This document shows positions 58,852-64,000 of a DNA stretch of 64,000 nt, piece after piece. Both the position numbers and the translations under genes were made by a program. The notes below the pieces were generated by a model. That model had not been told where the DNA came from. It worked only from the letters and a program-made list of their open reading frames with translations, and ran no database searches. Where the stretch lies: the NCBI GenBank assembly GCA_910583995.1, contig CAJTYW010000001.1, forward strand, positions 157,366 through 221,365, read 5' to 3'. Within the stretch, counting starts at the first letter, position 1; each line of letters begins with the position of its first letter. The stretch comes from an uncultured Christensenella sp. (GTDB taxonomy: Bacteria; Bacillota; Clostridia; Christensenellales; UBA3700).

Positions 58852-59095
58852 AATTTCACCTCATATTTACTTTATTTCACAAAAAAAATATAATTCCATA
58901 AACCAAGCTTACTGCTTGTATGTTTTTTTATTTTGAAAAATTAATAAAAGTAAAATTATGTTTAAAAATAAAAATAGACAACCTATGGTTGCCTACGCAT
59001 TGTTACAATTTTATATATTATAATTTATATATTAAGATAATAATTATTGCTTATTAAGTTTTTAATAAAATAATTACAAAAATATTTATAAAAAA

Positions 59096-59120
59096 ATAAC
59101 ACTACAATTTGCAGTGTTAT
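59096..59120 (-). terminator. rho-independent terminator after hup
   Basis: 8-bp stem ATAACACT/AGTGTTAT with a 9-nt loop. T-run on the minus strand. Confidence 0.7.
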
Positions 59121-59137
59121 TTTTTTTGTTAATTTAA

Positions 59138-59413
59138 TTAAGCATTCAAGAAGTCTTTCAAAGATTTAGTAGCTTTAAAACCAACAGCTTTGCTAGCAGC
59201 AATTGTGATAGCTTCACCAGTGTGAGGATTGCGACCAGTTCTTGCAGGCTTTTCTTTTAGCTCGAAACTACCTAAACCTTGAACAACAACTTTGTCATTT
59301 TTTGCTACATTTTCAGCAATTGCTTTTGTAAAAGCATCCATAACTTTTGCTACATCAACTTGAGTCATACCAGACTCGCTTGCAATACTTGCGATAAGTT
59401 CTTTATTAGTCAT
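59138..59413 (-). CDS. hup: DNA-binding protein HU
   Basis: 91 aa. Canonical HU (MTNKELI..., GFGSF-type arm, RTGRNPHTGE). RBS AGGAGGAA. Confidence 0.96.
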   Translation of the reverse strand: MTNKELIASIASESGMTQVDVAKVMDAFTKAIAENVAKNDKVVVQGLGSFELKEKPARTGRNPHTGEAITIAASKAVGFKATKSLKDFLNA

Positions 59414-59622
59414 TTTATTCCTCCTAATTGTACATTCATAATTAAATATTTTTATGAACTTTTTATTATATACAAATTATACCATATTATGGACAAGTAA
59501 TCAATAGATTATGAAATATTATACATAATTTTGACAATCATTTTTCATAAATTATATAAATTTTGCAAAAATTAAAAATAAATCACAATTTTAATATTAA
59601 TTTAATACCGATTTTTAGGGGA

Positions 59623-61359
59623 TTATTTATTTTTTGCTTTTCTAGGTTTAGCATTTTTATTGCCAAAATCTTTTGATTTATCAGACTTTCTGCCTGAACT
59701 TTTGCTATTATTACTAAAATTAGTGTTAGAATTTACTTTGCCTTTACTTTTAAAATTGCCTTTTTTATCATTACTTCTGCTTTTAGATTTTTCTCCAGCA
59801 ACTTCGATATTAATCTTTCTTCCATTAAATTTCATATCTTTTAATGTTAGCAAATTTTGCTCACATTCTTTTTTAACTTCTACAAAGCTAAATTTTTCTA
59901 AAATTTTAATATCAACAATATCTTCTTTTGAAATATTTGCTTTTGATACCACAAAATTAATAATTTCTTTCTCTTGAGCATTGTCAAGTTCACCAATTGT
60001 TATAAAAAATCTTGTAGAATCAACTTTATTTGCTACACTCTCTTTTTTCTTTTGACCTTTGCTTTCTGTCATTTGCATATAATTATTACCATCAATAACT
60101 ACAGCAAGTAAATCAAGCGGAGTATAATTTGTTTCATTTTCTTTGTTGTATTTGTCCAATTCTTTTATTAAGAATTCTTTTGTATTTTCTCTATTTTTAT
60201 CAAGCGTTTTAAAGATATTTGCTAGTTTTTTACTGCCGAAATCTCTGCTCGCTTGCATATTATCCATTTTTGTCATATTTGTTTTTGTTATCCTTTCAAA
60301 ATTTTCTATTAAATGTTTTTGTCCTTTTGTATAAAATGTGTATGCAATACCTGTTTTCTTAGCTCTTGCCGTTCTGCCTATTCTGTGAACATAAAATTCT
60401 TCGTCAATTGGTGGGTCAAAATTGAAGATTGCGTCAATGTCACTTACATCAATACCGCGTGCAACAACATCTGTTGCAACCAATATATTAATCTCACCTG
60501 CTCTATATCGTTTCATTATTTTATCACGCTGGCTTTGCTTTAAATCTCCGTGTAAGCCGTCCGCTACATATCCAAAGCTATTGAGAATTTTTGTAAGTTC
60601 GTCCACTCTTTTTTTAGTATTGCAAAAGCATATTGATAATTTGTAGTCATTTATATCCAAAATATCTGTTATAAATGGTATTTTATCAGCTTCTTTACAT
60701 TTTATTGCTATTTGCTCAATCTGTGGTTGCTCGGCGTTTTTACCTGTAATTTTTACAGGGTCAACTTGATAAGTTGCAGCCATTTCTAAAATTTGCTTTG
60801 GCATTGTTGCACTAAACAATGCAAGTTGTTTATATTTTGGGCAAGCCTTTAATATTTTATCAATATCAGGTTTAAATCCCATATTAAGCATTTCGTCAGC
60901 TTCGTCCAAAGTTACACACTCTATATTATGTAGCTTAATTGTTCGTCTTTCTAAGTGGTCTAACGCCCTACCTGGAGTCGCAATAATTATTTGCGGTTTT
61001 TTCCTTAAACTTGCAAGTTGTCTTTCTATATTTTGTCCGCCGTAAACAGCACAGACTCTAACATTTTCTGTATATTTAAGAAATTTTTTAAATTCATTTG
61101 CTATCTGAATAACAAGCTCTCTAGTTGGGCAAAGTATCAAAGCTTTTACATCTTTGCTATCTTTGGGCGTATTATTAATTATCGGCAATGCAAAAGCACA
61201 GGTCTTACCCGTACCTGTAGGTGCTTGTGCCAATATGTCGTGTTTTTCTAACATTGCAGGTATAACTTCTGCCTGAATTTGTGTAGGATTTTCAAATCCC
61301 ATATCATTTACAGCGCGTTTTAGTTCTTCCGCAATTTTAAAGTCATTAAAATCTGTCAT
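59623..61359 (-). CDS. DEAD-box ATP-dependent RNA helicase with DbpA-type RNA-binding domain and basic K/S/N-rich tail
   Basis: 578 aa. Q motif, AQAPTGTGKT, DEAD, SAT, HRIGRTARA. C-terminal RRM-like region (FFITIG...) and a Lys-rich tail. Confidence 0.9.
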   Translation of the reverse strand: MTDFNDFKIAEELKRAVNDMGFENPTQIQAEVIPAMLEKHDILAQAPTGTGKTCAFALPIINNTPKDSKDVKALILCPTRELVIQIANEFKKFLKYTENVRVCAVYGGQNIERQLASLRKKPQIIIATPGRALDHLERRTIKLHNIECVTLDEADEMLNMGFKPDIDKILKACPKYKQLALFSATMPKQILEMAATYQVDPVKITGKNAEQPQIEQIAIKCKEADKIPFITDILDINDYKLSICFCNTKKRVDELTKILNSFGYVADGLHGDLKQSQRDKIMKRYRAGEINILVATDVVARGIDVSDIDAIFNFDPPIDEEFYVHRIGRTARAKKTGIAYTFYTKGQKHLIENFERITKTNMTKMDNMQASRDFGSKKLANIFKTLDKNRENTKEFLIKELDKYNKENETNYTPLDLLAVVIDGNNYMQMTESKGQKKKESVANKVDSTRFFITIGELDNAQEKEIINFVVSKANISKEDIVDIKILEKFSFVEVKKECEQNLLTLKDMKFNGRKINIEVAGEKSKSRSNDKKGNFKSKGKVNSNTNFSNNSKSSGRKSDKSKDFGNKNAKPRKAKNK

Positions 61360-61479
61360 TTCTTCCTTTTAAAAATAGCTATTTGCTATTTTGGTAACAA
61401 TATTTCAAAATTGATATTTTATAATTATGTTACGATTACATTGATTTATATCAACATAAAATTACTATATAATTTAAAA

Positions 61480-61516
61480 CAATACGGCCGTCATACAAAA
61501 TACGACAACCGTATTG
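61480..61516 (-). terminator. terminator hairpin after ppdK
   Basis: Outer stem CAATACGG/CCGTATTG with additional inner pairing. TTTTAAATT follows on the minus strand. Confidence 0.55.
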
Positions 61517-61567
61517 AATAAACTAATTTATATTTGTTAATTAAGCAATATATTAATTATCTAAAAA

Positions 61568-64000
61568 TTACTTTCTAGGGTTTTTAATATTTGCTTGCGC
61601 TGCTGCAAGTCTTGCAATTGGAACTCTAAATGGAGAGCAAGAAACATAATTTAAACCAACATTGTGACAGAACTCGATTGTAGAAGGGTCACCACCGTGT
61701 TCACCACAAATACCAAGTTTGATATTAGGTCTTGTCTTTTTACCATTTTGAATAGCGATTTCAACAAGTTTACCAACACCTGTTTGGTCAAGTTTAGCAA
61801 ATGGGTCTGACTCAAAAATTTTTCTGCTGTAATATTCGTCTAAGAATTTACCTGCATCGTCACGAGAGAAACCAAAAGTCATTTGTGTTAAGTCATTAGT
61901 ACCAAATGAGAAGAATTCAGCTTCTTGAGCAATTTCGTCAGCAGTGATAGCTGCTCTTGGAATTTCAATCATTGTACCAACCATAAAGTCAATTTTAACA
62001 CCGTGAGATGCCATAACTTTTTCTGCAGTTTTTGTTACAACATTTTTAACATACTTAAGCTCTTTAACATCGCCAACAAGCGGAATCATAATTTCAGGAA
62101 CGATGTTGCCACCTTTCTTTGTATTAATTTCGATTGCAGCTTCAATTACAGCTTGAGTTTGCATTTCTGCAATTTCAGGATAAGTAATACTCAAACGGCA
62201 ACCACGATGTCCAAGCATTGGATTCATTTCGTGCAAATCGTCAATTGTTTTCTTAAGTTCGTCAAAAGACAATCCCATCTCTGCTGCTAAAGCTTCAATT
62301 TCACTATCTTTGTGTGGTACGAACTCGTGTAGTGGTGGGTCTAAGAATCTAATAGTAACAGGTCTATCACCCATAGCTTCGTATAGTCCGATAAAGTCAG
62401 CTCTTTGCATTGGCAATAATTTGCTTAATGCTCTGCGTCTTTCGTCCTCATTTTTAGAAACTATCATTTCACGCATTGCAGGAATTCTGTCTTCAGCAAA
62501 GAACATATGCTCTGTACGGCAAAGACCAATACCTTCAGCACCAAACTCTACAGCTTGTTTTGCATCATTTGGAGTATCTGCGTTTGTTCTGATTTTTAAA
62601 GCTCTGCGATGGTCAGCCCATTTCATAATAGTTGCAAATTCACCGCTTACAGTTGCGTTAACTGTAGCAATTTTTTCGCCATAAATGTTACCTGTACTAC
62701 CATCAATAGAAATATAATCGTTTTGAGTATACTTTTTACCGCCGATTGTTAAAACTTTTTCTTCTTCGTTAACAATAAGTTCTTGACAACCTGCAACACA
62801 GCAAGCACCCATACCACGAGCAACAACTGCAGCGTGAGATGTCATACCACCACGAGCTGTCAAAATACCTTCAGCGGCATACATACCTTCTATATCTTCT
62901 GGAGAAGTTTCAAGTCTGACTAAGACAACTTTTTCACCTTTATTAGCTCTTTCAACAGCTTCTTCTGCAGAGAAAGCAATTTTACCACAAGCAGCACCTG
63001 GAGATGCAGGCAAACCTTTTGCGATTGCTTTTGCTTTTTTGATTACTTTTTCGTCAAAAGTTGGGTGAAGCAAAGCATCTAATTGTTTTGGCTCAATTTT
63101 TAAAAGTGCTTCATCGGTTGTAATCATTCCTTCTTCAACCAAATCACAAGCAATCTTCAAAGCTGCACGAGCTGTTCTCTTACCATTACGAGTTTGCAAC
63201 ATATAAAGTCTGCCTCTTTCAATAGTGAACTCCATATCTTGCATATCTTTATAGTGGTCTTCAAGTCTTCTTGCAATTTCAACAAATTGTTCATAAACTG
63301 CTTTGTTTGTCTCTGCAAGTTGGTCAATAGACATTGGAGTACGAATACCAGCAACAACGTCTTCGCCTTGAGCATTCATCAAATATTCACCATAAAGTTT
63401 CTTTTCACCTGTTGATGGGTTACGAGTGAAAGCAACACCAGTACCAGATGTATCACCCATATTACCAAACACCATTGATTGTACGTTTACTGCAGTACCC
63501 CAGTCACTAGGGATATCATTCATTCTTCTATAAACAATAGCACGTGGGTTATTCCAAGACTTAAATACAGCTTTTACTGCACCAATCAATTGCTCTTTTG
63601 GGTCTTGTGGGAAATCAATACCTTGGTCAGCTTTAAAGTAAGCTTTAAATTTAGCAATTAACTCTTTCAAATCGTCAGCTGTAAGCTCTGTATCAAGTTT
63701 AACACCTTTTTGCTCTTTTAATTCGTCAAGCATTTTACCAAATGCCTCTTTACCAACGCCGATTACAACGTCACTATACATTTGAATAAATCTTCTATAG
63801 CAGTCATAAGCAAATCTTGGGTCGCCTGTAAGTTCTGACAAACCTTCAACGCTTACATCATTTAAACCTAAGTTCAAAATTGTATCCATCATACCTGGCA
63901 TACTTGCTCTTGAACCTGAACGAACTGATACCAAAAATGGATTTTTCTTATCGCCGAATTTTTTACCGGCCATTTTTTCAACTTCTGCTAGTTTTTCAAA
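61568..64000 (-). CDS. ppdK: pyruvate, phosphate dikinase (5' end, roughly the first 80 codons, lies beyond the window)
   Basis: Reading frame stays open to the window edge. Motifs SVRSGSRASMPGMMDT, phospho-His context GGMTSHAAVVARG, and PEP-utilising TIM barrel GLCRTEHMF / GICGEHGGDP. Confidence 0.95.
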   Translation of the reverse strand, partial: FEKLAEVEKMAGKKFGDKKNPFLVSVRSGSRASMPGMMDTILNLGLNDVSVEGLSELTGDPRFAYDCYRRFIQMYSDVVIGVGKEAFGKMLDELKEQKGVKLDTELTADDLKELIAKFKAYFKADQGIDFPQDPKEQLIGAVKAVFKSWNNPRAIVYRRMNDIPSDWGTAVNVQSMVFGNMGDTSGTGVAFTRNPSTGEKKLYGEYLMNAQGEDVVAGIRTPMSIDQLAETNKAVYEQFVEIARRLEDHYKDMQDMEFTIERGRLYMLQTRNGKRTARAALKIACDLVEEGMITTDEALLKIEPKQLDALLHPTFDEKVIKKAKAIAKGLPASPGAACGKIAFSAEEAVERANKGEKVVLVRLETSPEDIEGMYAAEGILTARGGMTSHAAVVARGMGACCVAGCQELIVNEEEKVLTIGGKKYTQNDYISIDGSTGNIYGEKIATVNATVSGEFATIMKWADHRRALKIRTNADTPNDAKQAVEFGAEGIGLCRTEHMFFAEDRIPAMREMIVSKNEDERRRALSKLLPMQRADFIGLYEAMGDRPVTIRFLDPPLHEFVPHKDSEIEALAAEMGLSFDELKKTIDDLHEMNPMLGHRGCRLSITYPEIAEMQTQAVIEAAIEINTKKGGNIVPEIMIPLVGDVKELKYVKNVVTKTAEKVMASHGVKIDFMVGTMIEIPRAAITADEIAQEAEFFSFGTNDLTQMTFGFSRDDAGKFLDEYYSRKIFESDPFAKLDQTGVGKLVEIAIQNGKKTRPNIKLGICGEHGGDPSTIEFCHNVGLNYVSCSPFRVPIARLAAAQANIKNPRK

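Overview
Visibly AT-rich chromosomal segment from an endospore-forming, low-GC Firmicute (Clostridia-like; it carries spoIIGA-sigE-sigG, sigK, whiA and ylmC). It is almost entirely conserved housekeeping genes. About 58 of about 62 genes lie on the minus strand with very short gaps. Only groES-groEL, a monocistronic tRNA-Trp and one orphan ORF are on the plus strand. I saw no CRISPR array, transposase, integrase, rRNA or obvious prophage.

Main blocks in minus-strand transcription order:
- ppdK (partial), cshA, hup, sigK
- iscR-nifS-nifU
- trpS coupled to three unusual genes
- groESL (opposite strand)
- comEB, a SPOR-domain protein, ddh, a degenerate ABC ATPase, an S41 peptidase
- an XRE-cupin regulator, then a small orphan pocket next to tRNA-Trp
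- proC, rnhA, ylxM-ffh-rpsP-ylqC-rimM-trmD-ylqF-rnhB-yraN-rplS
- spoIIGA-sigE-sigG, ylmC, nrdR, cdaA, a DUF1015-like gene, lysC, murB, whiA, dnaE
- mtrB(TRAP)-pfkA-pfp, degV
- a roughly 15.5 kb terminator-free train: CBM/GT-C membrane protein, comM, dprA, topA, trmFO, hslVU, hisS, aspS, tcdA, glyA

Most second-look-worthy items:
1. A translationally coupled trpS / DUF5685-like / J-like 'cysteine-string' protein / membrane-protein operon.
2. A clear homologue of the Bacillus trp RNA-binding attenuation protein (TRAP), placed ahead of two phosphofructokinases.
3. A poly-acidic 46-aa ORF divergent from an orphan 101-aa ORF beside tRNA-Trp.
4. A MalK-like ABC ATPase with every catalytic motif degenerate.
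5. A lipoprotein-anchored carbohydrate-binding module fused to a GT-C-like polytopic domain.
6. cdaA followed by a DUF1015-like gene instead of cdaR/glmM.

Several ORF-track N-termini begin at TTG/GTG. I trimmed these to ATG starts that have Shine-Dalgarno sequences. All functional calls come from motif recognition and remembered family signatures, not database searches.
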